Shown here: piece after piece, positions 39,087 to 52,334 of the stretch
Position numbering within the stretch: position 1 is the stretch's first letter
How the letters are laid out: each line of letters opens with the position of its first letter
Assembly: GCF_018350175.1 (NCBI RefSeq)
Contig: NC_058368.1
Span: 96,474,001 to 96,538,000, forward strand
DNA: 64,000 bases
Origin: Felis catus
Taxonomy: Eukaryota
Reading direction: 5' to 3'
Notes under the pieces: model-generated
Databases searched by the model: none
What the model was told of the DNA's origin: nothing
The model's input: only the letters and a program-made list of their open reading frames with translations
Program-made: the position numbers and the translations under genes

Positions 39087-39315
39087 ATAAATTCTAATGC
39101 TTTAACTTGGAGATTGGATGAATGCTGGTTCTATTTGGGTTTAGAGAGTAGGTTAGTAATTCTGTATTGACAATATAAAGCACGAAGTGCCAGAGAAACA
39201 TACAAGTAAATATTGCATCGTCTGCTCTGGAGTTCAAGGAAGAATGTCTGCAAAAGAGGCATAGATCTGGAAATCATGAGCATAAAGAGTTTGGTGGAGT
39301 CTCATGAATAGGGTA

Positions 39316-39652
39316 TGCTATGGTCAGAATATATGTGTCCCTCCAAAATTCATATGTTGAAATCCTAATGCCCAAAGTGATTGTGTAAAGGGGTAGGACC
39401 TTTGAGAGATGCTTAAGTCATGAGGTTCTGCCCTCCTGAGTGAGACTAGTGCCTTTATAAAAGAGAGCTCCCTAGCCCACTCTGCCACGTGAGGATGGAA
39501 TGAGAAGTCTGTGACCTGGAAGAGAAGACCTGACCTCCTGGGGGCCTGATCTCAGAATTCTGGCCTCCAGAACTGTGTGAAATAAATTTCTGTAGTTTAT
39601 AAGCTATCCAGTCTGTGGAGTTTTGTCATAGAAGCCCAAAGAGACTAAGACA
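39316..39652 (+). mobile_element. MLT1A0-like MaLR solo LTR
   Basis: TGCTATGG...CCAAAATTCATATGTTGAAATCCTAA...CCTCCAGAACTGTG...GACTAAGACA; perfect 5-bp TSD GGGTA at 39311-39315 and 39653-39657. Confidence 0.92.
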
Positions 39653-40859
39653 GGGTAAGAGGAGCAAATGTTTACGGACTATAAATCTGTAAGAGCTCAG
39701 TAGAGATTGACAAGGAATTACCCAAAATGTGGAAGAAAAATAAAAGAATGGTTCAACTGCAGTTAAGGGGCAGGGAGAACTGCAAGAGGGACAAAGGGGA
39801 AAATGAGGTCAGTTACGGTCTAGTTGACAAATATAAAGAAGACTAGAAAGTGACAGGTTTTGCAATGAGTCTGTTATGGCTGATATTGTTGGGAGCACTT
39901 TCTGTGGAATGGAGGTGTCAGAAAGCTACCTTCAGAAGGTTAAGCAATGCCAGGGAGGTTGCAAAGTAGAAAATATCATAAATTCCTCTTCTAAAGGACA
40001 TTACTTAGAAGGGGATGAGGTCACTGGCATTTCCACCCTAAAGAGAAATTTCACTGTCAGCATGCCTTTCTGACATAAAACAGCAGTGGCATTTAAAAAT
40101 TATGCAAAGCTTATTAGAGATATCATCCTTCTATAGCTATTGCTTGTATTAAAACCAGTGATTTTGTGAGCTAGAAGACATTACAAATCTCATATGAGCA
40201 TTACGTTGGAGTTATTGGATGTGATGATACTGTTGCAACAAAGTAATATGGAATTAATGATTCTTTTCCCACCAAAAAAATATAATAATACTAATCCTGG
40301 AAGACATTCTCTGTATGCTATAATATAAAAAATTCTGTAGAACTCCTTCCATTGTCACAGAGCAAAAATCAGCCATCTCTGGCTGAGCTAAAACAAATAT
40401 TTATAGATGATAGAGAAAAGGGAATTTCATTACATTGCAAAACCAGACACATTTGTACAATAACAAATTTAGGTCCACCAGTAGCCATAACCATAAATAC
40501 ACAGCTTATAAAAACTTCCTATTTAAAGTCTGATCTATGAATAATTTACGTACGGAGATTAAGAAACTGCTGTTACTAAAAACACTATAAATCAAGAAGG
40601 TGATAATTCTGACTATTAAGTACAGTGACATAGGATAAAGAAAATTAGCTGATGACCTAAAAAAAAAAAAGATAAAGAATGAGATCTGTATATATCGAGG
40701 ACAGATCTTTCTCTTAGCCATATGTGACTAGGCTCTCACCAAGAGATTAATGAGAGAGAAAGATTGGAATCATATCTAAACTGCAGTACTTATGAGTCAA
40801 TGACTATTGTAATATAGATATAAAGCCTATAGGTCTTCAAGTATTTCCCTCTAAAATCA

Positions 40860-41056
40860 TTTTTTAAATGTTTATTTTTGTTTATTTTTGAGAGAGAGAA
40901 TGCACAGGGGAGAGGCAGAGAGAGAATCCCAAACAGGCTCCAAGCTGTCAGCGCAGAGCCTGACGTGTGGCTCAAACTCATGAAACCATGACATCATGAC
41001 CTGAGCTGAAATCAAGGGTACCCCACATAACCATTGGAGCCATCTACACACCTCCC
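40860..41056 (-). mobile_element. Can-SINE with diverged head
   Basis: Reverse SINE body. Confidence 0.9.
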
Positions 41057-41407
41057 TTGAAAGTCTTAAAAAAATAGTGTAAGCCCCCATTGGATTTCAC
41101 CACAGGAAATCAAAAAAAGTTGGATTTCCCTGATCATGTATTTCTGGGAATCCTTGTGAAAATTACCAAATATTCCATGAAAAAGGGGTGCTATCCCTTG
41201 GGTGCTCAGCCCCCGCTCCTACGGCAGACACCTATTGAGAGATTCTCTGTCAATTACTTTTCCCACCCCATGCCAGTCATCCTAGGCTGCCAACGTCCCT
41301 CTGTATCACTTTACCCAAATTTAGACACAGGCCCCTCCCTAAAGTGCAGTCTAAATTTCAAGTACAACTAAATTGTGAAGTTTCACTAAAGTTTACTGAA
41401 GCTTCAA

Positions 41408-41601
41408 GTGCTGGGTGGCTCAGTCAGGTAGGCATCTGGTTCTTGATTTCGGCTCAGGTCATGATCTCATGGTTGTGGGTTCAAGCCCTGCATCAGCCTG
41501 TGAGGTGACAGTGTGGAGCCTGCTTGGGATTCTGTCTGTCTCCCTCCCTCTCTGACCCTCGTTCTCTCTCTTAAATAAACTTTAAAAAATATTTTTAAAA
41601 A
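41408..41601 (+). mobile_element. Can-SINE
   Basis: TSD CTGAAGC(T/A)TCAAG. Confidence 0.9.
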
Positions 41602-42068
41602 ATTCGCTGAAGCATCAAGATAGAAGAACAAAACTAAAACTCAGAAAAGAAAAAAATATATATATACATAACTAAAATGAGGTTATGACCAGAATCCACA
41701 AACAAGACACTTCATGAATATCTTACATCGGAACCCCTGACTTGTGACATTTTACAGGGTTGACTTCCATCCAGACTTGGGAATATGACTCAATATGCTC
41801 ACCACCCTGGAGTCCAAACTCTCAACTATGCTGAGTCTCTCACAGAGGAAAGACATTTCTTTGCTAAAATTAGATTATTTAGAGATGTCACACCAATGCC
41901 TTTTTATATCTTCATTTTCTTGACATTGTCAATTCCTCTGCTTTAATTAGCAAAATGAAAATGTCCATGAAGTGGTTTTTCCTACAGTAAAGGAAGCCTG
42001 CCCTCAAAGGTGAGCCTCTAGCCTCATGTTTGTTTGTCTGTTTGTTTGTCTGTTAATGAGGAGAAGGA

Positions 42069-42177
42069 GGGGCTCCGTAGGGTCTCTTGATTTCAGCTCA
42101 GGTCATGATCTCACATTTTGTGGGTTCAGCCTCACATTAGGCTTTGTGCTGATAGTGCAGAGCCTGCTTGGGATATT

Positions 42178-42237
<60 letters not shown>

Positions 42238-42308
42238 CTCTCTCTCCCTCTGCCCCCCTCAAATGCTCACTCTCTCTCTTTCAAAATAAATAAATAAACT
42301 TAAAAAAA
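42069..42308 (+). mobile_element. Can-SINE with damaged head
   Basis: CTCTTGATTTCAGCTCAGGTCATGATCTC, then (CT)n and tail. Confidence 0.9.
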
Positions 42309-42951
42309 CAATGACAACAGGGAGGTTCTGTTTCAGCTGGAATATTGTGGCATGTATGAAATTCTTTTTTAATTTCATTAAACAGCAGAACTCAATATAT
42401 CAGACATAAGTCAATGAGAGATAGTGATGCCTGAGAGATGGAAAATAAGTGAGGGAGAGGAAATAGACTGACTGTAGCAGCTTTCATACCTGGAGAAATT
42501 TCAAGATTGCACCACAAGCAGAGGGAACAGGGACAACATCCAGTGGTTTCCCTGAATCAGAGAACATGACTAAGAGCTTGGCAAATCCAAGGTGGCTAAA
42601 GTTCACAGGCAGAGTACTAATACTAATGTAAACCCCTCTGTAAGGTTCTGTATGATTTGATCCAATAATCTACCTCCAGTTTTATCCCTTTGGGAATTTT
42701 CCCTCAAAATTACCTTTTCAGGCAAGTCAAACTAGTTGCAGTTCTCTGAGCATATCTTTGTCAGTTCCTTCCACTGTGAAAATTTTGCATAGTGCACCCA
42801 TTTGGACACCTTGGTGTTCCCCTAGTGAATGCTTACTCAATGGTCAAATCTTGACTCAAGCATTACAACCTCAAAGAAGCCATATTTTTGACATCCTATC
42901 TCCACTCCAGATGAGAACCCAAAATTTCCTTCCATGGGACTCCATGACAGA

Positions 42952-43442
42952 CGTGGCAGGCTGAATAACGTCTCCCCCTAAAGTGTCCATATCCAAATTC
43001 CCAGAGCCTGTAACCATGCTACCTTACACAGTAAAAGGGAAGATGTAATTGTGAACCTTCAAATGATGGGGTGAGCCTTGATTATCCTGGTGAGCCCAAT
43101 ATAATCACAAGAGTCCTTAGAAGAGGGAGGCAGGTCAGTCAGAAAAGGCAATGGGATGACAGAAAGAGAAGTGGGGTGGAGGGGAAGGGGATTGGAAGAT
43201 GCTATGCCCCTGGCTTTGAAGGTACAGAGTAGGGCCATGAAGGAAGGAATTTAGGCAACCTCTAGAAGCTAGGGAAGGCAAAGAGATGGGTTCTCCCCTA
43301 GACCTCCAGAAGGAACATGTTCACCCACCAACACTTCAATTTTAGACTTCTGATCTCCAAGACTGTAAGGGAATACATTTGTGTGGTATTAAGTCACTAA
43401 GTTTGTGGTTGTTTGTAATAGCAGCAGTGGAAAATGGGTACA
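42952..43442 (+). mobile_element. MLT1D-like MaLR solo LTR inserted in an L2 3' relic (~42640-43630)
   Basis: GTGGCAGGCTGAATAA...GATTATCC...CCTCTAGAAGCT...TAAGTTTGTGG...GCAGCA...TACA. The L2 tail AAGTATTTGTTGAATGAATG is at ~43610-43628. Confidence 0.88.
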
Positions 43443-45383
43443 GTACCCTGTGGTTACTTCTCTCAAAATGTCCAGAAATACATTAATACATGTCTTTGTT
43501 TACATTTGTCTCCTTGTTAGCAGGTTGTAAACTTTTCAGGAGCTGTGATCAGTGCATATGAACGTCCCCCTACTACTTAGCACAGAATCTGGTAGACTAG
43601 ATGCCTAGTAAGTATTTGTTGAATGAATGGGAAAGTAAAGAAATAAATTAATGTTTATCAGTGTTCCTAATATTTAACCCATTGCCTTCAATAGCTTACC
43701 TCCAACCTAGTCCAGTGATCGAATGCCTTGATGAATCAATGAATTCTGTTATTTGAACTTGGCAATCAAGTTTAACCTTCACCTGCTTACCACCGATGTG
43801 TTTTTGGATGATCACTCCAGGACAGCTCTAAAGGAAGAACTGTCATAGAAAGAATCCCCAAAAGAAGCATTTTGAAACTTCTAGAAATCTGTGCAAAAGC
43901 TAAATCACACTGGTTTTGTTAAAGGAAACAGGAGACAGAGGAGAAGCTATAAATCTATGCTGATTCCAGATTGAGTACATAGCCAATGCCTGAGAAGAGA
44001 AATCTGAGGCTTGGGCTTCAAGCTAGACTGAGTCGTCTCTTAGCACTGTCTATTCTAAGACAGATACTCCTCTTGCACATCCCTGCCACCATATTCCAGC
44101 TCTCAGTCCCTGCCTAAATGTCACAGACTCTTCCTCAAATCGTGGGAGCTACCAGTGACCTGTTAGCCATTGCTCCCTTATCCCGGGCCTTAGCAAAAGC
44201 GATGTTTTCTGGTCAACCCAATTTGGATCTATGAGTCCATTTTTCCATGAAAGTATTATATTTTTACTGTTAGGTTTATGATATGATAAAAAAAAGATTC
44301 TATCCATAATGTCTGTTAAATAGATCTTTATAAGTTGATCTATGAATTTCTTCACTATTTCAAACACTGTGATGGGATGTGACTTTGGGTTCCAAACAGA
44401 CTACTTAAATAGCATACTCTATACAGCTCAAATAGAGTCTTAATTTCTAAGTAAATAAATGTATCTCTCATGCCAAGTAAACAATTTAGGGAAAAGCGTA
44501 TGTTTTTAATTCATCAGGGGCTCAAAATTTAGATAGAATAAAATACAAAACTGATTTTTGTTTACAACTGAATTTTTTCTAGTGATTTTGAAGCTTGAGA
44601 AACACGTATCTCTTGCCTTCCTTCCCTGGCCATGACACCAAAAAGCCACTGTCTCCAAAGTGCACTATGAAAGGGGAACAAAGTCTCATTTGCTGCTAGC
44701 AATAGGCAGACAGCTTCATTGGTGTCTCTCCTCTAGTATCTCCTTGTACAGCATGAGACTTTTTACTCCCCTAAAAATGCCAGACAAATTAAATGATGAG
44801 GGCTACTGCATGCTATTGAACATCCAAAGGGATTAAATTCCGAATACGCAGCAATAGATTGATACTGCTGGAAGGAAAACTAGAAGCCAATAAACTGCTA
44901 GATTGAGTTTATGGCTCCATATGTAACGTCATCTAAAAGAGTATGTGACAGTTTGCAAAGCAAGCATGCTCTAGGCTGTGTAAGCACTTGGCTCAAGCGC
45001 TCAAAACCAGAATAAAAAAACTGGGTTCTTGCACTTACAGGGGCTCTCAAACCTGTGACCGGCTTCTGTCACTACTTGGGTTCTTCTCCCATCGGGACCT
45101 AGCTCGCAAACTTTCAACAAAGTGACCCAGTTTAGAAGGAAATTCCTCTAGCAGCTCTTGGCTCAAGAAAATCCAAAATTAAAGTGCATGGCATTTGAAG
45201 TAAACATTATAGATTTACTTAAATGGAATAGATCAGTGTGATATTTTGAGACTCTCCATAGTTCTAATTCAATGGGAAAAAGAAAAGAGAAGAAGCCAGC
45301 AGTTTCTGTCTTTCATCAGATTATATATAGGTATCTAGCCGGCGTGAGCCAAGCCATTTCTTTGCTTTAAAAGCTGTTAATCA

Positions 45384-45566
45384 GGGGTGCCTGCATGGTT
45401 CAGTCAGTTAAGTGTTGGACTTTTGATTTCAGCTCAAGTCATGATCTCATGGTTCATGAGTTCAAACCCCGCATTGGGCTCTACACAGACAGCATGGATC
45501 CTGCTTGGGATTCTCTCTCTCCCCCCTCTCTGTTTCTCTCTCTCTTTCAAGATAAAACTTTAAACG
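45384..45566 (+). mobile_element. Can-SINE
   Basis: Perfect 15-bp TSD AAAGCTGTTAATCAG at 45370-45384 and 45567-45581. Confidence 0.95.
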
Positions 45567-45655
45567 AAAGCTGTTAATCAGCCATGCGAAAGAGAGAGAT
45601 TGCACAATTTAAAGTTCTTTTCCACAACACCTACCATTTTATCTGTCAATGCAAA

Positions 45656-45717
45656 AACTAGGTTTTTAGGACAACTAGGTTTTAGGACAACTAGGTTTTA
45701 GGACAACTAGGTTGTCC
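45656..45717. repeat. 16-bp tandem repeat AACTAGGTTTTAGGAC, about 3.5 copies
   Basis: Seen directly. Confidence 0.95.
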
Positions 45718-46057
45718 GCCGTACAATTGTAATTTGTCCCCTAACACTGGGAAGGATATTCACAGTGAAAAACAAAGTTTATGTTTTGGAGTCTGTTGTT
45801 ATTAGTATTTTTTTTTTTTTAGTCACTACCTCTCACACTACAGATAACAGATGTACCCCAGTTCTAGATGTTTTTTGCAACAATTAAAGCAAATAAAAAT
45901 ATTATTCAGCCTGACTTCCACAGGCACTTGGGCTCAAGCATTCTAGAATTTTCACAGTCATAGAAAATTAACTACAGAGTTTATATGAGCAGATTTTTGG
46001 CCAGTGATGATGCATTCAATCAGTAATTCCCAAACATGTTACTACAAATTTCCTTTC

Positions 46058-46264
46058 TCTTAAATTTGTTTGTTTGTTTATTCTTGGAGAGAGGAAGAGA
46101 GTGAGCAAGCAGGAGAAGGGCAGAGAGAAAGAGAGAATCCCAAGCAGACTCTGCACCATTAGTACAGAGCTGAATGCGGGGCTCAAACTCACAAACCATG
46201 AGATCATGACCTGAGCCAAAACCAAGAGTCAGATACTTAACTGACTGAGCTACCCAGACGCCCC
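46058..46264 (-). mobile_element. Can-SINE
   Basis: Full reverse SINE. Confidence 0.95.
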
Positions 46265-46646
46265 TCCAGACATTGTAGTATAGAAGCTACTTTGGCACGG
46301 CCAAATCACTTCTTTTCTCTTAGGATAGGTACTACCCAACGTACAATACTGTACTGCTCCAGATAATGTATACCTGGTTTCCTCTCAAGCTCTGGGAACA
46401 CAGTGTCTCGGCCCGTAGAGCTGAGAAGAGGACGAATCAGAATTGGAAACACATTATCTTTCTTATGGAGGCTTTGTCTATTTGCTCTTCTGCTTCCTTC
46501 CGTTCAGTACACAACTGTGCGTGGGTAGGAATGCCCTGAAAACGCGCTGCAACAAGACTGTGGTTGGTGGTAGTGGCGGAATTCTTTCTACCCAGTGGCC
46601 TAAAGTCATATAACCATTCATGCCAAAGAGTTAGTGTTTTAAACTG

Positions 46647-46853
46647 TTTTAACGTTTATTTATTTTTGATAGAAAGAGACAGAAGATGAGCAGGAGGGGG
46701 GCAGAGAGAGAGGAAGACACAGAATTTGAAGCAGCCTCCAGGCTCTGAGCTGTCAGCTCCGAGCCCGACGCAGGGCTCAAACTCAGGGACTTGTGAGATC
46801 ATGACCTGAGCCAAAGTCAGAAGCTTAATTGGCTGAGCCACCCAGGCGCCCCC
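46647..46853 (-). mobile_element. Can-SINE
   Basis: Full reverse SINE. Confidence 0.95.
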
Positions 46854-48029
46854 AAAGATGTATTCTCAGCCATCTTCTCTTTTTCAGCTTCATCAGGCAT
46901 GCTATCTCATCTCCTCTCAATATATTAATTAATCTCCTGAAATTATAAATAATGCATGCTTATTTTGATGTATTTTAGGAAGTGCGATGAACTAAGAAAA
47001 ACTTTAATTTGACAGCCTTCTTTAGAAGGAGACTCGTTCCCTGTGTAGACTAATATTCTCCTTCTTCCCTATCACTTTCTTCCTTCCCTTCCTTTCTACT
47101 CCTTCACAAACATTCCCTGCAGGCATTTTTATTCTTATTTCCTGCTTCTGGAATTTAAATTCTCATATTTTTAGACCAGATCAAATTAGAAGTAGCTTAT
47201 AAATATTTTGAGAACTGGAGGGCTAATTATATACAGATGTCAAAGAAAATCATCTTCTAAAACAGGAAAGCATCCTATCTTTTAAAGAGCTTTAGTTATG
47301 AAAACTGTTTTAGACATTTGTCTGATACTGTCAGTTTATAAATTGTATCATAACACTAAAACAAAAGCTGAATTAAATTAATTCTTACAAAAAACAACTC
47401 TAATTCTGTTTTGATTTTTTCCCTCCTAAATCTTGATTAATGGATTTAATGCTTGTGTCTTGAGGAAACACTGACTAAGCTACAACCTAGCCATACCTTC
47501 TGGATTTTCTACAAAGGAATGAAAAATGTCAAGGGAATTCAGTTCTAGTGCGGGGTCTGCCCCTGACCAGCTAGGTTGACTTTAAGTAACTCATACACCA
47601 TCTCAGGGCCTGTGTCTCTTGAAATATTAAATAAGAGGACTTTAAAAGCTTGATTCTAAATCCAGATATATAAATTTCAGCTCTCACAGATTATAAGCCT
47701 TTTCTTTGTCTCTTTGAGTGCTTTGCTTAGTTTTACAATCAACTTCATTAAAGAATACTTTATACATTTACAAAATACCAGTTTTCAGTGGTCTTTCATG
47801 AATTTGGACAGATATATACGCCCACATAAATAACATTCCAAGAAAAATAAAAGAGATTTCCAACTTCTTTGAAGGTGCCCTTGGGATCTTTTTCAGTCAT
47901 CCCTCACCCTTGCACCTGCTCGCAGGCCATCATGCACTAGTCTGCTTTTCGGCAATTCTAGATTAACACACATACATAGTCATACAGCCTGTCCTTGTCT
48001 GTCTGACTTCTTATACTCAGCATAATGAT

Positions 48030-48033
<4 letters not shown>

Positions 48034-48087
<54 letters not shown>

Positions 48088-48252
48088 TTGTATATATACA
48101 TATATATAAAGTTCTTTATATATATATCATTTCATATATATATATTCATATATATATATCACATATACCTATATCATATATATATATGGATATATATATA
48201 CATATATATGTATATATATATCCATATATATATGTGTATATATATATATATC
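48034..48252. repeat. (TA)n/(CA)n low-complexity expansion inside L1
   Basis: Seen directly. Confidence 0.95.
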
Positions 48253-49649
48253 TTACAGGTACCAGCATTTTATTTCTTTTTATTGAAGACTTGTATTCTT
48301 TTTCATGCATTTATCATATTTTGTTTAATCTGAAGTGTTTCTCCATTTGAATAAAGATGCTATGAACACTCATGTACATACGTACAGTCCTTTGGTGGAC
48401 ATAGGTTTTCATTTCTTTTCAATAAATAGTGAGGAGCATAATTTCTGAGTCACAGAAGGATACATTTATTTATTGAAATAAACTGCCATTGCTCCAAAAG
48501 GAATGCACCATTTTAACATCTCATTGTAATGGATAAGAGCTCTGGATAAAGACCAACTTTACTAATACTTGGTAATGATGACCCTTTTAATTTTAGCCAT
48601 ACTAAAGAATGTAGCCTAGCTAGCTGCAGTATTAATGTGTATTTCCCTAATCACGATTAATATTGAACATCTTTTCTTGGGCTTACTGACCATTAGTCAA
48701 CATAGTGGTATATCTTGTGAAGAGTATACTAAAATATGTTGCTCATTTTTCAAAAGATGGATTTGATTTAATCTCATTATTGAGCCCTGAGAGCTTTTGT
48801 GTATATTCCAGATATGTCTTTTGTCCAAGATGTATTTTCAATATTTTCCCCACTCTGCTTCACCTTTTTCTTATCTATGGTTTTTCAAGAGCAGAAGTCT
48901 TATTGTTTGTTCCTTTCCAGTTAGTGCTTTTTGCATCCTAAGATATTTTTGCCATCTGCAATGTTGTTTTGGGGGGAGGGGTTGTTTGTTTTTGTTTTGT
49001 TTTGCTTCCCTCTAGGAGTTTTATAGTTTTGGATTTCGTGTTCAGGTATACTATCCATTTTGTGTTTGTTTGTGGTAAACTGTGAGGCAAAGATCAAGGT
49101 TCATTATTTTCCATGCATTATACATCTGCTCCAGGACCATTCACTGAAAACAACATTCCTTGCCCGTTAATTCATCTCAGCGCTGTTCTTAAAAATCAAT
49201 TGACTGATGTATAGCCATCTATCTATGGGCTCCATAGTCCATTCCAGTAATCTATGTCAATCCTTAGGATGGTGTCACACTGTCTTGATTTTCATAGATT
49301 TACAGTAATTCCTGTAATCAGTAGTATAAATGCTCTTAGTTCTTCTTCAAAGCTGCTTTGGCCATTAAATAACTGTTTTTGATTTCATACAAATTTTAGA
49401 ACTGGTTTGTCAGTTTCTCCCAAAATATATACTGCAGTGTTATTATGTTATATCTCCCAATCAACAAACATGGTGTATTGTTCCCTTTTTTAGATCTTCT
49501 TAAATTTCTTTCAACACTATTCTGTAGTATTCTGTGTAGAGGTTTTGCATGTATTTGATTAAGTATATCTCTAAGTGTATGATATTTTTCATGTGATTAC
49601 AAGTGTTATTTTTTTTTCCTATTTACCTGTAGATATTGAAAGTGCTATC

Positions 49650-51010
49650 TACTTATATAATTTACTCATTCTGGACATTTCATTTAAATGATAACATACA
49701 ATATGTAGTCTCTTGTGACAGACTTCTTTTACTTAGCATTACATTGTCAAGGTTCATTTATATTGTGGCCCGTATTATTAGTACTTAATTGCTTCTTAGG
49801 GCTGAATAATATTTCCTTGTATGGATATGGCACATTTTATTTTTCTAGTCATCAACTGTACATGTGGATTATTTATATTCTTTGCATACGGATAATACTA
49901 CTCTGAAAATCTATACACAACTTTTTATGTAAACGTATGTTATTGTGTTTCTTGGGCATACACCTAGAAGTAGATTTGCTGGGTCACGTGACAACTCTAT
50001 GTTCAACCTTTTGATGAACTGTTAGAATGCTTTTCAGCCACCGCAGCATTTGGCATTCCCATCCCAGCAATGCACGAGGGTTCCAATTCATCCATATTCT
50101 TGCCAAAATATGTAACTACCTTTTTTTAAATACTCATCCTAGTGGTTGTGAAGTAAAATCTCACCATAGTTTTGATTTGTAATCAATCCCCTCATAGCTA
50201 ATGATGTTGACATACATTTATATACTTGCTTCTATTTGTACTAAGTCTTTGGAGAAAGCACCTCTGTCCATTTTTTAATTGGGTTATTCTTCTTTAGTAT
50301 TGAGTTATAGCAGTTCTTTATATATTCTGGATGCCATACCCTTTTAAGGTACATCATTTGTAAAAGTTTCTCCCATTCTGTGAGTTGTAATTTTACTGTC
50401 TGGATGGTGTCCTTTGAATCCTTGGAGATTTTCATTTTGTTGATGTCCAACTTATTTCTTTTGTTGCAAGGCTCTTGTTGACATATTTAAGAAACTGTCA
50501 CTTCATACAAGGTCATAAATATTTATTCCTTTATTTTAAGACTTTTAGAGTTTTAACTCTTATATTTAGGTCTTTGATCCATTTGGAATTAATTTTGATG
50601 TATGGTGTGAGGTAGGGGCCCAACTCCATTCTTTTATGTGTGGATATACAATGGTCTCAGCACCATTTGTTGAAAACTATTTTCTCTTTTGAATGTTCTT
50701 GGTACCCTTGTTAAAAGTGAATTGACCACAGGACGCCTGGGTGGCTCAGTCAATTAAGTGTCCATTTCTTGATTTCAGCTCACGTCATGATCTCATGATT
50801 AGGAGATCAGGCCCTACGTCAGACTCCATGCTAAGCATGGAGCCTGCTTAAGATTCTCTCTTCCTCTCCCTCTGGCCCGTCCCCTGTGTGCTCTTTCACT
50901 CAAAAAAAAAAAAAAAATCAATTGACCACAAATGTGAAGGTTTATTTCTGGACTCTCAGTTCTGTAGCATTATTACTACAACATTGATTGCTATAGCTTT
51001 GTGTTAAGTT
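49650..51010 (-). mobile_element. Second L1 (L1MB-like) 3' end nested in the older L1
   Basis: A new 3'UTR starts ATTCTGGACATTTCATTTAAATG. The ORF at 50241-50450 gives an ORF2 remnant (SKDTIQTVKLQLTEWEK...NNPIKKW). Confidence 0.88.
50731..50917 (+). mobile_element. Older Can-SINE nested in the inner L1
   Basis: TSD AATTGACCACA at 50720-50730 and 50920-50930. Confidence 0.95.
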
Positions 51011-51429
51011 ACTATTCTTATGTCATATAAATTTGATAAATTTTCATACTAAGTTTTAGTGGTTTGGAGTATACTTTTTTGGATTTTCTTCATGTATGAC
51101 TACAACAACCACAAATAAGCAGTTTTACTCCATCCTTTCCAAACTGGATACATTTTATTTGTTTTTCTTGCCTGACTATACTTTTAAGTAGAAACAATAA
51201 GAGTATGTATGTACGTCTGTATGTACATACATATATACATATTTTCCTATTCTCAGACTCAGGGAGAGAATCATTCTTTCACCATTAAGTATGATTCTAT
51301 CTGTTAAGATTTTTATACATATCCTGTTATGTTTTGTAGATGTTCTAATCTTTATTAGCTGAGAGCTTTTTTATAATGAATTGGTGTAAAAGGTTATCAA
51401 AATAAGTGTTTTAAACAAGCATAATATTT

Positions 51430-51680
51430 GGCTTTCTATGAAAAAGGAACTGTTCTAAGGTGCTTTATAAATAGTATCTTCTTTAATTCTAACAATCCTA
51501 TGAACTTGAGCTACGAGTGAATAATGAACTCCAACTGTCCCCATTCACAGATAAAGAAATAGGTACAGAGGGGTTAAGTACTTTGCCCCAAATCACATGG
51601 CTAATAAGTAGAAAAGGTAAGATTTGAAACAAAAGAATATGTCTCCATAACCTGTGGTGGTAACCACTATGCCATGCTGC
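51430..51680 (-). mobile_element. MIR
   Basis: CCCCATTCACAGATAAAGAAATAGGTACAGAGGGGTTAAGTACTTTGCCCCAAATCACATGGCTAATAAGT. Confidence 0.8.
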
Positions 51681-51863
51681 TCAACTTCCAGATATTCCTT
51701 GAAAATGATACAGCCTAAATAAACACAGCACAAAGATGGGTTTTTATGTGGCAACCAGAATAAGCAATTGGATAGAATTCATATGGATTGACAACAATCC
51801 CATATATGAGACAAGATAGTACATAGGTAAAGGTAAGAGAAGTTGTTGATGAAGACACTGAGT

Positions 51864-52030
51864 GGGGCACCTGGGTGGCTCAGTCAGTTATGCATCCAAC
51901 TTCAGCTAAGGTCATGACCTCATGTTTCAGGAGTTCAAGCCCTGCCTTGGGCTCTGTGGTGACAGTTCAGAACATGGAGCCTGCTTCAGATTCTGTGTCT
52001 CCCTCTCTCTCTGCCCCTCCCCTGCTCAGT

Positions 52031-52082
<52 letters not shown>

Positions 52083-52119
52083 AATAAACATTAAAAAAAT
52101 AAAGACAATAAAATAAAAA
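51864..52119 (+). mobile_element. Can-SINE
   Basis: Full SINE. Confidence 0.95.
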
Positions 52120-52334
52120 TACTGATCTAGTGCAAGAAAGTTGACAATCCACTTTTCTGCATGCTTCCTCAGTGTATCATTCCAAACAGTCATCTTTTAA
52201 ATATACTTCTCCCTTTCAGCTATATAATTTGAGCCTTCCCCCAAAATTTGAGAAAAATATTTTCTTACAGAAACTCCTTTGGAGTTAACATGCTGAGCAT
52301 TACAGTCTATCTCCCCCTCTTGCAAATGGCATAA

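Larger units (their letters stand above)
38040..39990 (-). mobile_element. Fragmented L2 hosting two solo LTRs
   Basis: GGGAGTCACTGAAGGACTTTTAGG, TGGAGTTCAAGGAAGAATGTCTG and ATAGATCTGGAAATCATGAGCATA are L2 ORF2-like purine-rich relics. Confidence 0.6.
47740..51400 (-). mobile_element. Old L1 (L1MD/ME-like) 3'UTR and ORF2, interrupted at ~49650-51010
   Basis: TTTTAATTTTAGCCAT, TGAGGCAAAGATCAAGGTTCAT and ATACAAATTTTAGAA occur in order; the element resumes with CCTTTCCAAACTGGATACATTTTATT and TTTCACCATTAAGTATGAT. Confidence 0.85.

Noticed and set aside
45656..45717. Short repeat array as CRISPR-like
   Set aside because: No unique spacers, and the context is mammalian.
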